64,000 nt of DNA from Gemmatimonas sp. (GTDB lineage Bacteria > Gemmatimonadota > Gemmatimonadetes > Gemmatimonadales > Gemmatimonadaceae): assembly GCA_031414535.1 (NCBI GenBank), contig JANNVQ010000055.1:1-64000 (forward strand), written 5' to 3'. The translations under genes and the position numbers were made by a program. This document shows positions 39,264-48,925 of this stretch, in pieces (within the stretch, counting starts at the first letter, position 1; every line of letters starts with the position of its first letter). The notes beneath the pieces were generated by a model, which saw nothing but the letters and a program-made list of their open reading frames with translations, was not told where the DNA came from and made no database searches.

Positions 39264-41114
39264 ATGGCCGCTGACGACCTGAACAGCATCCCCTTCTTTG
39301 AGGGGCTGCCCGATCAACTCCGATGGCATCTCGCGCGCGCTGCCGAGCGTCGCGAGTATCCCGTGGGGGAGAAGCTTTTCGTGGATGGCGACCAGCGCAC
39401 CGGCCTGTGGACCATTCTCGAGGGCACACTCGCCATTGAAATCACGAGTGGTGGCGCCCCTCACCGCCTCGCCACGCTCGGCCCCGGCGATGTGGTCGGT
39501 GAGTCCATCCTGCTTGGCGACGACACGCATCACACCGAAGGCCGGGTGCTCGCGCCGCTGGTGACCCTGCGATTCGGCAAGGACGTGCTCGAGCCCCTGC
39601 TCAAGGATCAGCCGCGGCTCCACGCTGCGCTACTCGGCAAGTCGGCACGCGTCCTCGCGGCGCGCCTCAAGGCCGCCGACGCCACGCTGTCTGGCCGTGA
39701 TCGCGCGGCAGGATTTGGCGGGCCGACGCGCAAGGACAAGGATCTTCTCGGCGAGCGCGATGTGCCGCAGGCCGCGCTCTACGGCGTGCAGACCCTGCGG
39801 GCCATCGAGAACTTCCCGATTACGGGCGTGACGCTGCAGAGCTTCCCCGAACTCATCGTGGCGCTGGCGCAGGTGAAGGAAGCCGCGGCCAAGGCCAATA
39901 TGGAGATCGGCACGCTGCCCGCCGACGTGGGTGATGCCATTGTGCGTGCCTGTGCGGAAATCGAGGCGGGCACGCACCACGAGCACTTCCGCGTGGACAT
40001 GATCCAAGGTGGCGCCGGTACCTCGACGAACATGAACGCCAACGAGGTGATTGCGAATCGTGCTTGCGAGTTGCTCGGCGTGCCTCGGGGAACGTCTTCG
40101 CGCGTACACCCCAACGAGCACGTGAACCTCGCACAGAGCACCAACGATGTGTATCCGACGGCCGTGCGGCTCGCACTGCACGCCGCCATTGGAGATTTGC
40201 AGGCAGAGATGCGGAAGCTCGTCGAGTCGTTCCGCGACAAGGGCAGGGAATTTGCGCCGCATGTGAAGATGGGTCGCACACAGCTGCAGGACGCCGTGCC
40301 CATGACCCTCGGCCAAGAGTTCCGGGCGTTTGGCAACACCATCGCCGAGGATGTGGACCGACTGGAAGAGGCCAAGGCCCTGTTACGCGAGATCAACATG
40401 GGCGCGACGGCCATCGGCACCGGCATCACGGCGCCGCGCGGCTACACCGAGAAGGTGCGCGCCCAGTTGAGTGAAGTGACGGGCCTCGCCTTGATTACCG
40501 CACCGGATTTGGTGGAGGCCACGAGCGATACGGGCGGTTTCGTGCAACTCTCCGGCGTGCTCAAGCGCTGTGCGGTGAAGCTGAGCAAGGTTTGCAACGA
40601 TCTGCGCTTGCTCTCCAGCGGCCCGCGCACGGGCTTCGCTGAGATTCGTTTGCCGGCTATGCAACCGGGCTCGAGCATCATGCCCGGCAAGGTGAATCCC
40701 GTGATCCCCGAAGCCGTCAATCAGGTTTGCTTCGATGTGATTGGCGGCGACGTGACGGTGACGATGGCGGCCGAGGCGGGGCAGCTACAGTTGAATGTGT
40801 TCGAGCCGATTATCGCGTATCGCTTGCTTCGCAACATCTCAGCGCTGGAAAATGCCTGCCGCATTTTACGCGAGAAGTGCATAGTAGGCATCGAGGCCAA
40901 CCCGCAGATAATGCGGGAGTATGTGGAACGGTCCATCGGCCTCGTGACGGCACTGCTCCCGGCGCTGGGTTACGAGAAGTGCAGCGCGTTGGCCAAGGAG
41001 GCGCTGGAGAGCGGCAGAGGCGTGGCGGAACTGGCGCTGGAGAAGAAGCTGCTGACTCGCAAGGAGCTTGATCAGATACTTGATCCCGAGCGGATGGTTG
41101 GGGGATCTCACTAG
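39264..41114 (+). CDS. aspA: Aspartate ammonia-lyase fused to an N-terminal cNMP-binding (Crp-like) domain
   Basis: N-terminal ~140 aa cNMP fold (LGPGDVVGE); YGVQTLRAIENF, GGAGTSTNMNANE, KMGRTQLQDA, GSSIMPGKVNP. Confidence 0.9.
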   Translation: MAADDLNSIPFFEGLPDQLRWHLARAAERREYPVGEKLFVDGDQRTGLWTILEGTLAIEITSGGAPHRLATLGPGDVVGESILLGDDTHHTEGRVLAPLVTLRFGKDVLEPLLKDQPRLHAALLGKSARVLAARLKAADATLSGRDRAAGFGGPTRKDKDLLGERDVPQAALYGVQTLRAIENFPITGVTLQSFPELIVALAQVKEAAAKANMEIGTLPADVGDAIVRACAEIEAGTHHEHFRVDMIQGGAGTSTNMNANEVIANRACELLGVPRGTSSRVHPNEHVNLAQSTNDVYPTAVRLALHAAIGDLQAEMRKLVESFRDKGREFAPHVKMGRTQLQDAVPMTLGQEFRAFGNTIAEDVDRLEEAKALLREINMGATAIGTGITAPRGYTEKVRAQLSEVTGLALITAPDLVEATSDTGGFVQLSGVLKRCAVKLSKVCNDLRLLSSGPRTGFAEIRLPAMQPGSSIMPGKVNPVIPEAVNQVCFDVIGGDVTVTMAAEAGQLQLNVFEPIIAYRLLRNISALENACRILREKCIVGIEANPQIMREYVERSIGLVTALLPALGYEKCSALAKEALESGRGVAELALEKKLLTRKELDQILDPERMVGGSH

Positions 41115-41116
41115 AT

Positions 41117-41182
41117 GGACGGATGACGGATGACGGATGCTGGGGCAGTTCGCTTGTGGCATCCGTTATCCGTCTTCCGTCC
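41117..41182. repeat. Family B heptamer hairpin element
   Basis: G-(GACGGAT)x3-GC / 18-nt loop / GC-ATCCGTT-ATCCGTC-TTCCGTC-C, just after the aspA stop. Confidence 0.85.
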
Positions 41183-41199
41183 CAATTGGAGTAGAGCGT

Positions 41200-41574
41200 A
41201 TGGCAGGAGTTAAGCTCGACGGCGCTGGCACGCAGAAGATGAAGACCTTGGAGGAAGCGCAGATTACCCTCCAGAAGATTCACGGGATTGTGGAGCGCAT
41301 GGCACTCGACGTGAAGAATCAGCGCGGCGTCGGCCTCACGGTCGGGCAGATCAAGCGCACAGCCGAGCCGCTGCAGGGTCAGCTGAAGGGGCAGTTTGGC
41401 ATTATTGCCGACCAGGTCACCGCGATGGTCTTGTCTATGGGCAGGGGTGGTGGCGAGCAGAGCAAGGTGCGGGTACTTCGCGAGTCCGTGGCACAATTGC
41501 GTACCGCAATGGAGATGGCCGCATCAAAGGTAAAGAAGGAGCACGCGGTGGAGATTGAGATTTCGCCGGACTGA
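41200..41574 (+). CDS. Hypothetical helical protein
   Basis: GGAG upstream of ATG 41200; 124 aa, amphipathic helical pattern. Confidence 0.65.
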   Translation: MAGVKLDGAGTQKMKTLEEAQITLQKIHGIVERMALDVKNQRGVGLTVGQIKRTAEPLQGQLKGQFGIIADQVTAMVLSMGRGGGEQSKVRVLRESVAQLRTAMEMAASKVKKEHAVEIEISPD

Positions 41575-41731
41575 GGCTGGACCATTACAGGACTGGGGTT
41601 CGGAACCCGTTCTGGCTCCACAACTTGCGAGAATCTCCCGCTTGCCCCACCCAATCGGGTGGGGTAGCTTCCTCGGGTCGCAATCGTGGGCAGTTCCCGG
41701 TTCCGGTTTTGTTCCCCCAGCCTCAGAAAAA

Positions 41732-43006
41732 ATGTCGATGCTGCGCCTGCGCAAGGCAGCACCAGCCCTGCTTGCTGCAGTGGCTCTCCTGACGCTTAAC
41801 GCGTGTAGTGGAATGGAGTCCGCTCCGAATTCCACTTTTAATCACACCACTGATCTAAACACGTCCATCGACGGACTTTGGGATCTCCTGCTACTCTGGG
41901 GAACCATCGTCTTCGTTGTTGTGGAAGTGGCGTTGATTTTCACGATCTACCGCTTCCGGAAGCGGCCGGGTGGTGCGCCTGCCAAACAGATTCACGGCAA
42001 TGTTGCGCTTGAAATCACGTGGACGGTGATTCCGGCGGTGATTCTCGTGTTGATCGCCGTGCCGACGGTGAAGACCATCTTCCAGACGCAGGCGCCGGCT
42101 CCCGCTGGCGCGCTGACCATCGAAGTCACGGGCCATCAGTGGTGGTGGGAATTCCACTACCCCGAGTACGGCGTGACGACGGCCAACGAGGTGTACATCC
42201 CCGTCGGTCGCACGGCGAACTTCGTGCTCCGCACCAAGGACGTGTTGCACTCGTTCTGGGTTCCGCAGATGGGCGGCAAGCGCGACCTCATCACTAATCG
42301 GACCAACACACTCTGGTTTACGCCGCGTGTGGATCTTGGGACTAACGCGTGGAACGGCTTCTGCACTGAGTACTGCGGCTCCAGCCATGCGAACATGAAG
42401 TTCCGGCTCTTTACGGTGCAGCCCGACGAGTTTGCCTCCTGGGCAGCGCACCAGGCACGCCCGGCACTTCCGCATGACACGGCCACTTCTACCGCGGCGC
42501 CGGCAGTCCCCCCCGTGACGGTGGCTTCGGCCTCCGCCACGATGCCGGTGCCCGCGATGCAGGCGCCCGAGGCATCCGCAGCGGGCTACGTGTTCCCGGC
42601 GGCAAATCTTCCGGAACACGTTATTCCGCAGACGCCGATTCCGGCCTCGCTCAAGTTCGACGACGCTTTGCTCGCGCAGGGTGATGCCAAGCGCGGCGAG
42701 ACCTCGTTCATGATGGGCGGCTGCATCGGTTGCCACGCTATCAGCGGCAACCCGATGGCCATGAGCAACGTCGGACCGAACCTCACGCACTTCGCTTCTC
42801 GCCACACGCTCGGCGGCGGACTCTTCCGCAACGACGACACGACGCTGGCACGCTGGATCAAGAACGCCCGCGCAATGAAGCCGGGCGCCTTGATGCTCGT
42901 CGTCGGCATTGGCGAGTACAGCCCCGACCTCAAGGGCCCCGTCACTGCGGGCCTCACCGATGCGCAGATCGCCGATGTCGTGGCGTACCTGCGGTCGCTC
43001 AAGTAA
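41732..43006 (+). CDS. coxB: Cytochrome c oxidase subunit II with fused cytochrome c (caa3-type), lipoprotein
   Basis: Lipobox LNAC; GHQWWWEF, DVLHSFW, CuA CTEYCGSSHANM; heme c CIGCH. Confidence 0.95.
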   Translation: MSMLRLRKAAPALLAAVALLTLNACSGMESAPNSTFNHTTDLNTSIDGLWDLLLLWGTIVFVVVEVALIFTIYRFRKRPGGAPAKQIHGNVALEITWTVIPAVILVLIAVPTVKTIFQTQAPAPAGALTIEVTGHQWWWEFHYPEYGVTTANEVYIPVGRTANFVLRTKDVLHSFWVPQMGGKRDLITNRTNTLWFTPRVDLGTNAWNGFCTEYCGSSHANMKFRLFTVQPDEFASWAAHQARPALPHDTATSTAAPAVPPVTVASASATMPVPAMQAPEASAAGYVFPAANLPEHVIPQTPIPASLKFDDALLAQGDAKRGETSFMMGGCIGCHAISGNPMAMSNVGPNLTHFASRHTLGGGLFRNDDTTLARWIKNARAMKPGALMLVVGIGEYSPDLKGPVTAGLTDAQIADVVAYLRSLK

Positions 43007-43023
43007 TCCGGAGACCCTGACTC

Positions 43024-44940
43024 ATGGCATCCATCGCTCACCCCACGACTGCGGCCCACGCGTCGGCGGAGAATGAGAACACCGGTATCTGGAGCTGGAT
43101 CACAACGGTCGATCACAAGCGGATCGGCACCTTGTACCTCTGGACCGCGCTCTTCTTCTTCCTCGTCGGCGGCTTCGAGGCCACCCTAATCCGCACGCAG
43201 CTCATGAAGCCGAACATGGGCTTCGTGAGCGCCGAGACGTACAACCAGCTGTTCACGATGCATGGAACGACGATGGTGTTCCTTGCCGTGATGCCGCTCT
43301 CGGCGGCGTTCTTCAACTATTTGATTCCGCTGCAGATTGGCGCGCGCGACGTGGCGTTCCCGCGTTTGAACGCGTTCTCGTACTGGGTGTATTTACTCGG
43401 CGGCATCTTCATCACGCTGCCGATTCTGTTCCAGGTTGCGCCTGATGGCGGCTGGTTTGGCTACGCGCCGCTTACCACGCCACGCTTCTCGACCGGACCG
43501 AATATCGACTTCTGGGTGCTCGGACTCCAGATCCTCGGCATCTCCTCGCTCGCGGCGGCGTTCAACTTCATCACCACCATCGTGAACCTCCGTGCGCCAG
43601 GCATGAGCCTGATGCGCATGCCGATGTTTACGTGGATGTCGTTTGTGGTGCAGTTCCTCATTATCCTCGCGTTCCCGCCGATCACGGTGGCGCTGTTCTT
43701 CCTCCTGATGGATCGTTTCTTCGGGACGAACTTCTACGCGATTGCCGCCGGCGCCGACCCGCTGCTGTGGCAGCACCTGTTCTGGGTCTTCGGTCACCCA
43801 GAGGTGTACATCCTGATTCTCCCGGCCTTCGGACTCGTGTCCGAAGTGCTGCCCACCTTCTCGAAGAAGCCGCTGTTCGGCTACAACGTGATGGTGTACT
43901 CGGGCATCATGATCGGCTTCCTCGGCTTTGGCGTCTGGGCCCACCATATGTTCGCGGTGGGAATGGGCGCGGTCGCTGACTCGATATTCTCGCTGATGAC
44001 GATGCTCATCGCGATTCCCACCGGCGTGAAGATTTTCAACTGGATTGCCACGATGTGGAGCGGCGAGGTCCGCTTCACGGTGCCGATGAAGTTTGCGATC
44101 GCGCTCATCGCGATGTTCACCATCGGTGGCATCTCCGGCGTGATGCACTCGTCGCCGCCGGCCGACCTGCAGCAGACGGACACCTACTTCGTGGTGGCGC
44201 ACTTCCACTACGTGCTGTTCGGCGGCTCCATCATGGGCATCTTCGCCGGTATCTATTTCTATTATCCGAAGATGACGGGCCGGCATCTCAACGAGACGCA
44301 AGGCAACTGGCATTTTTGGCTGAATTTCATCGGCATGAACCTCACGTTCTTTCCGATGCACTTCAGCGGCCTGATGGGTATGTCGCGCCGCATCTATACG
44401 TATGACGCGGGGCAGGGCTTCGACCTGTTCAACATGATGGCGACCTACGGGACATACCTGCTCGTGGTGGCGACGGCAATTTTCGTCTGGAACTTCGTGC
44501 GCAGCCACAAGCACGGCGAGATTGCCGGCAACGACCCCTGGGGAGGCGCCACGCTCGAGTGGTCCATTCCTTCGCCGCCGCCGGAGTACAACTTCGCGCA
44601 GATTCCTGAGGTCACCTCACGCTATCCGCTGTGGGATCTGAAGGATCCGAAGATGACGGCGGGTATTGATCACTCGCACGCCGACGCGAAGGTCATCACC
44701 GACACGCACGCGGTTCCGGTGCACGAGGAGACGCAGCGTCACACGGCCAAGGAGCTCGGCATTCCAATGCCGCTGCCCACGGCCAAGCCACTGTTCGTCG
44801 CCTTTTCGATGGTCGTGATGTTCTGCGGCCTGCTCTTCCTGCGCATAGATATGTTCGCCGTCGCGTTGACGGTAATGCTTGGCGGCGCCGCAGCCATGAT
44901 CGCTGGGCTGTATCTGTGGCTCACCAGCCCCCTCGAGTAA
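43024..44940 (+). CDS. ctaD: Cytochrome c oxidase subunit I (A1 type)
   Basis: DHKRIG, FTMHGT, WVFGHPEVY, WAHHMF, AHFHYV; two extra C-terminal TM helices. Confidence 0.96.
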   Translation: MASIAHPTTAAHASAENENTGIWSWITTVDHKRIGTLYLWTALFFFLVGGFEATLIRTQLMKPNMGFVSAETYNQLFTMHGTTMVFLAVMPLSAAFFNYLIPLQIGARDVAFPRLNAFSYWVYLLGGIFITLPILFQVAPDGGWFGYAPLTTPRFSTGPNIDFWVLGLQILGISSLAAAFNFITTIVNLRAPGMSLMRMPMFTWMSFVVQFLIILAFPPITVALFFLLMDRFFGTNFYAIAAGADPLLWQHLFWVFGHPEVYILILPAFGLVSEVLPTFSKKPLFGYNVMVYSGIMIGFLGFGVWAHHMFAVGMGAVADSIFSLMTMLIAIPTGVKIFNWIATMWSGEVRFTVPMKFAIALIAMFTIGGISGVMHSSPPADLQQTDTYFVVAHFHYVLFGGSIMGIFAGIYFYYPKMTGRHLNETQGNWHFWLNFIGMNLTFFPMHFSGLMGMSRRIYTYDAGQGFDLFNMMATYGTYLLVVATAIFVWNFVRSHKHGEIAGNDPWGGATLEWSIPSPPPEYNFAQIPEVTSRYPLWDLKDPKMTAGIDHSHADAKVITDTHAVPVHEETQRHTAKELGIPMPLPTAKPLFVAFSMVVMFCGLLFLRIDMFAVALTVMLGGAAAMIAGLYLWLTSPLE

Positions 44941-44946
44941 CCGACA

Positions 44947-45633
44947 ATGTCCGCACACGCAGACGGCGCAGCACACGCCGAACATCACACGCACTACACG
45001 ACCACCGGTCTCGACAACCGGAAGATCGCCATCTGGGCGTTCATCGGGTCGGAGTGCATGCTCTTCGCTTCGCTCATCGCGACCTACCTGATTTACAAGG
45101 GCAAGTCGCTGGTCGGTCCGTATCCGCACACCGAGTACATCGATGCCGCGGGCAAGGTGTTCAAGCCCATCCTCGACATCCCAGTCACCTCGGCGTCCAC
45201 CTTCGTGCTCTTGGCGTCATCGTTCGCGATGGTGCTCGCCCTGCAGGCCGTGCAACTAAAGGGCGTCCCACTGCCCTCGGGCGCTGGCTGGTGGACGCGC
45301 GCGCAGCGCTCCTCGCAGCTCTGGCTCGCAGTGACCGCCGCACTGGGCACCACCTTTCTCGGCTTCCAGGCCTACGAGTTCACCGCATTCGTGAACGAAG
45401 GCCTGACCATCAAGACCAACCTGTTTGGCTCCACGTTCTTCACGCTGACCGGCTTCCACGGCGCGCACGTGACCGTGGGCGTGCTCTGGCTGATGTCGCT
45501 ACTCTGGGTGGATCGCACCCGCGGCCTGGCCGGTCCGGGCGATGAGCTGCTCGTAGACATCACGGCGCTGTACTGGCACTTCGTGGACGTCGTCTGGATC
45601 GCGATCTTTACGCTCGTCTACCTCATTCAGTAA
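44947..45633 (+). CDS. ctaE: Cytochrome c oxidase subunit III
   Basis: WAFIGSECMLF, LTGFHGAHV, LYWHFVDVVW. Confidence 0.93.
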   Translation: MSAHADGAAHAEHHTHYTTTGLDNRKIAIWAFIGSECMLFASLIATYLIYKGKSLVGPYPHTEYIDAAGKVFKPILDIPVTSASTFVLLASSFAMVLALQAVQLKGVPLPSGAGWWTRAQRSSQLWLAVTAALGTTFLGFQAYEFTAFVNEGLTIKTNLFGSTFFTLTGFHGAHVTVGVLWLMSLLWVDRTRGLAGPGDELLVDITALYWHFVDVVWIAIFTLVYLIQ

Positions 45634-45645
45634 CCGGGCACCGAA

Positions 45646-45969
45646 ATGGCACACGAATCCGCGCACGTCGACAAGCACGCCGCCCACGCGCATCCGAACG
45701 GTGCGACCTACCTCAAGATCTTCGTCATCCTGACGCTGATTACGGTGGTCGAGGTCTGGGCGTACTACATCCCAGCCCTCGTTGCGTCCCCGCTGTTCAA
45801 TCCGTCGCTCATCATCATGTCGGCGGTGAAGTTCGCCATCGTGGTGATGTTCTATATGCACCTGAAGTACGATCACAAGATTTTCAAAATGCTATTCAGC
45901 GGACCGCTCGTCATTGCCATGGCGACGATTGTGGCGCTGTTGTTCCTGTTCCGGCAGCTCAGCTTCTAG
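45646..45969 (+). CDS. Cytochrome c oxidase subunit IV family protein
   Basis: LTLITVVEV, KFAIVVMFYMHLKYD; last structural gene of the operon. Confidence 0.88.
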   Translation: MAHESAHVDKHAAHAHPNGATYLKIFVILTLITVVEVWAYYIPALVASPLFNPSLIIMSAVKFAIVVMFYMHLKYDHKIFKMLFSGPLVIAMATIVALLFLFRQLSF

Positions 45970-45988
45970 AAAGAACGGCAGAGGCCTT

Positions 45989-46110
45989 TCACCACGAAGG
46001 CACGAAGGGAATCGAAACACACTCACGGCCCCGCAACCCTAAAGAAGCTCTAGCTTCTTGGCGTAGCGGGGCCGAAAGTTTTCTGCAAACTCTTCGTGCC
46101 TTCGTGGTGA
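45989..46110. repeat. Family A palindromic element, copy 5
   Basis: TCACCACGAAGGCACGAAG ... CTTCGTGCCTTCGTGGTGA; inner CGGCCCCGC..AAGAAGC-TCTA-GCTTCTT..GCGGGGCCG. Confidence 0.92.
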
Positions 46111-46132
46111 AAGCCGTTAAATTTCCAGACGA

Positions 46133-46963
46133 ATGCGCATTCCACAGATATTCCTGCACCCCAACGTTGACCTGAGCCAAGGCGGATTCACTACGCATTG
46201 GTCTACAGTCACGGGGTTGGTCGTATTGCAGGCGCTGTGGATTCTTCGTGCACGCGCGCATGCGCCCCACGAGAAGCCGAGCCCACTTCAGACTTTCTGC
46301 TTCACCATCGGTCTCGTGGTGATGTTCTTCGCGTTGAATGGGCCGGTGCACGATATCTCCGACTTCTATTTGTTCAGCGGACACATGGTGCAGCATCTCG
46401 TGCTTACCATCGTCGTGCCGCCGCTGCTCCTGCTGGGCACGCCGGGCTGGATGCTGCGGCCTGCGCTCAAGAACGCCACCGTGAATCGCGTCGCGAAGAT
46501 CATCACCGTCCCGACCGCGGCATTCACAATCTTCAATCTCGTCCTCGCTGGCTGGCACCTGCCGCCGATGTATAACGCGGCCATGTACTACCATGCCGTG
46601 CACATCATTCAACACCTGATGTTCCTGGTGGCGGCAGTGCTCATGTGGTGGCCCATGCTGAGCCCGTTGCCGGAGTTGCCGCGCTTGAGCTACCCGGGAC
46701 AGATGCTGTACAGCTTCGTGATGACGCTACCGATGACCATCATATCAATCTTCATCGTCTATGCCGACCACGTGCTGTATCCCGCCTACGCGAGCTCGCC
46801 GCGGCTCTGGGGGCTGTCTCCACTGGAGGACCAGCGGCTTGGTGGACTCATCATGTGGATACCGGGCGGATTGTTCTTTTATCTACTGACTTCGGTGATT
46901 TTCTTCCGCTGGGTGACGGCCGAGCGCGACGATCAGGTCGGAGCTCAGGTCCGCGAGGCCTAG
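46133..46963 (+). CDS. ctaG: caa3-type cytochrome c oxidase assembly factor
   Basis: LFSGHMVQHL, WHLP..Y, H..QHL, DQRLGGLIMW. Confidence 0.88.
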   Translation: MRIPQIFLHPNVDLSQGGFTTHWSTVTGLVVLQALWILRARAHAPHEKPSPLQTFCFTIGLVVMFFALNGPVHDISDFYLFSGHMVQHLVLTIVVPPLLLLGTPGWMLRPALKNATVNRVAKIITVPTAAFTIFNLVLAGWHLPPMYNAAMYYHAVHIIQHLMFLVAAVLMWWPMLSPLPELPRLSYPGQMLYSFVMTLPMTIISIFIVYADHVLYPAYASSPRLWGLSPLEDQRLGGLIMWIPGGLFFYLLTSVIFFRWVTAERDDQVGAQVREA

Positions 46964-46997
46964 GAGCAACCCCTCCGGGGTGCTAACCTACGAGGAG

Positions 46998-48554
46998 ATG
47001 CCACCGCGACCGCTACTTCTTCTGACCCTCTCTGCGGCCTTGCTGGCTGCTGAGGTTGGCGCGCAGGGCACGAGTCGGCCACCAGCACCACGCCCCACCG
47101 GGCAGGTGGCCCGTCCCACGGTCTCCGCCGCTGCCCGCAGGCCCGCACCGAACCGCAGCGTGTTGCGCGCCACCACGCCCAGAGGTTTGGCCGCGCTCAA
47201 GCGCGACTTGGACTACCTCGTGAACTCGAGTACGAATCGAGGTGAATGGGGCGTCGCCGTCGTATCGCTCACGCGTGGAGACACGCTGTACGCGCGCGAA
47301 GCGGATGAGATGCTGCTCCCCGCTTCGACGATGAAGCTCTTCACGGCCGCGATCGTTTTTGAGCGGTTTGGCCCGGCGCATCAGTTTCGCACGGATATCC
47401 TTCGCGACGGAGAGTTGGGTCGCGATGGGACTTTGAGTGGGAACCTGTATCTCAAGGGTGCAGGCGATCCTTCGCTCGGGGCGCGGTATCGCGCCTGGCA
47501 CGGCGGTGTGGCACCGATGGAAGCAATCGCCGACCTTGTCTATGCCTCGGGTGTGCGCCGCGTCTCCGGCGGCATCATTGGCGATGCGTCGGCGTTCGAG
47601 AGTCGTCGCGTGCCCGAAGGCTGGCGTACACGCTACCTGCAAGCTGGCTATGCAGCCCGAGTCTCGGCGCTCTCGGTCAATGAGAATGTCGCCAACATCG
47701 TGGTGCGCTCCACGGCCGGCGGCGCGACGGTGAGTTTCGACGAGCCCCTCATTGGCATACCCATCTATCCCACGGTGCAGGTGCGTCCCGGCCAGCGCGG
47801 CGCGCGCATCAGCGTGTGGCAAGACACGACGGCGGATCGCTTTCGCGTCACTGGATGGATTGGCGCCCTGAGTCCCGAGCGTACGTATCGCGTCGTGGTG
47901 GAACAGCCGGAGCGCTTCGCGGCGGCGGCGTTCCGCGCGGCGCTTGAGAAGCGAGGCATCGTGGTGGATGGCGAGACGTCCGCCTCCACCGCACCCGCGA
48001 CTGCGGAGCGCCTCACAGCCTGGGCATCACCGCCACTCGCGCAACTCGTGGTGACCATGAACGGCGAGAGCAACAATCACTTTGCCGAATTATTGTTCCG
48101 CAACGCCGCGCGCTCGGTGAGCGGAGTGGGGAGCGCCGAAGCGGCGAATGAGGCGCTCCGCACCTTCTTGTCGGAGCGGGTCGGCGTTCGGCGGGACGCC
48201 GTGTACGCCGCTGACGGCAGTGGTCTCTCGACGCTCGATCGCGTGACGGCGCGCTCAATGGTGCAACTGCTCGCCTACGCCGGCTCGGCGCCCTGGGGGC
48301 AGGTGTTTCAAGCCACGCTCCCGGTGGCGGGACGCAGCGAGACGCTCCGCACTCGCATGCGCCGCACGCCCGCCGCCGACAATCTGCGCGCCAAGACTGG
48401 CACCACCAACGACGTCACCTCGCTCGCCGGCTACGTGAGTACGCACGACGGCGAGCCACTAGCCTTCGCATTCATCTATAACGGTCGTGATCCGTGGCGC
48501 GCACGCGCCGCGATTGACGCGATGGGTGTGACGCTCGCGGGATTCTCCCGCTAG
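46998..48554 (+). CDS. dacB: D-alanyl-D-alanine carboxypeptidase/endopeptidase (PBP4, S13)
   Basis: PASTMK (SxxK), GAGDPSL, SNN, DGSGLS, AKTGT. Confidence 0.92.
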   Translation: MPPRPLLLLTLSAALLAAEVGAQGTSRPPAPRPTGQVARPTVSAAARRPAPNRSVLRATTPRGLAALKRDLDYLVNSSTNRGEWGVAVVSLTRGDTLYAREADEMLLPASTMKLFTAAIVFERFGPAHQFRTDILRDGELGRDGTLSGNLYLKGAGDPSLGARYRAWHGGVAPMEAIADLVYASGVRRVSGGIIGDASAFESRRVPEGWRTRYLQAGYAARVSALSVNENVANIVVRSTAGGATVSFDEPLIGIPIYPTVQVRPGQRGARISVWQDTTADRFRVTGWIGALSPERTYRVVVEQPERFAAAAFRAALEKRGIVVDGETSASTAPATAERLTAWASPPLAQLVVTMNGESNNHFAELLFRNAARSVSGVGSAEAANEALRTFLSERVGVRRDAVYAADGSGLSTLDRVTARSMVQLLAYAGSAPWGQVFQATLPVAGRSETLRTRMRRTPAADNLRAKTGTTNDVTSLAGYVSTHDGEPLAFAFIYNGRDPWRARAAIDAMGVTLAGFSR

Positions 48555-48560
48555 AGCGGG

Positions 48561-48815
48561 CTAGCTGAGCAGCGGTCCTTCGGTGGCGCTCGGGTCCGTC
48601 GCCGCGGTGGCATCAAGAATTCGCACCGCAGTGTCCACGTCGCCCTGACGCACGACGAGGCGCACGGGGTTCAACACATTCAAGAACGGCAGCATCCCGC
48701 CAGCGTTGTCCTTCAAGAGCATGCTGACAATGCCGTTGGCATCGAGCACCGATTGCGCAAACTCGGCTTCGATGCTGTTCTGATACGACCGGACGACGAA
48801 CGCATTCTCTGGCAT
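48561..48815 (-). CDS. DUF2007-like putative signal-transducing small protein
   Basis: EAEFAQSVLDANGI...VRLVVRQGDVDTA pattern; GGAGG SD before ATG 48815. Confidence 0.75.
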   Translation of the reverse strand: MPENAFVVRSYQNSIEAEFAQSVLDANGIVSMLLKDNAGGMLPFLNVLNPVRLVVRQGDVDTAVRILDATAATDPSATEGPLLS

Positions 48816-48925
48816 CGTACCTCCGGAGGCCGTGTGGATGAGCGGGTATCGTAACCTTGGCGCCGAATGTTGGCTAGGCGCTCCCATGTGGGAAGATACC
48901 GTGCGGTGAGCGCAATAGTTCCCCG

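Noticed and set aside
46090..46123. Family A right arm supplying a -35 for downstream genes (also near 7447-7475)
   Set aside because: -10-like boxes follow the repeat, but no TTGACA-like hexamer lies at 16-18 bp spacing and the distances differ between copies.
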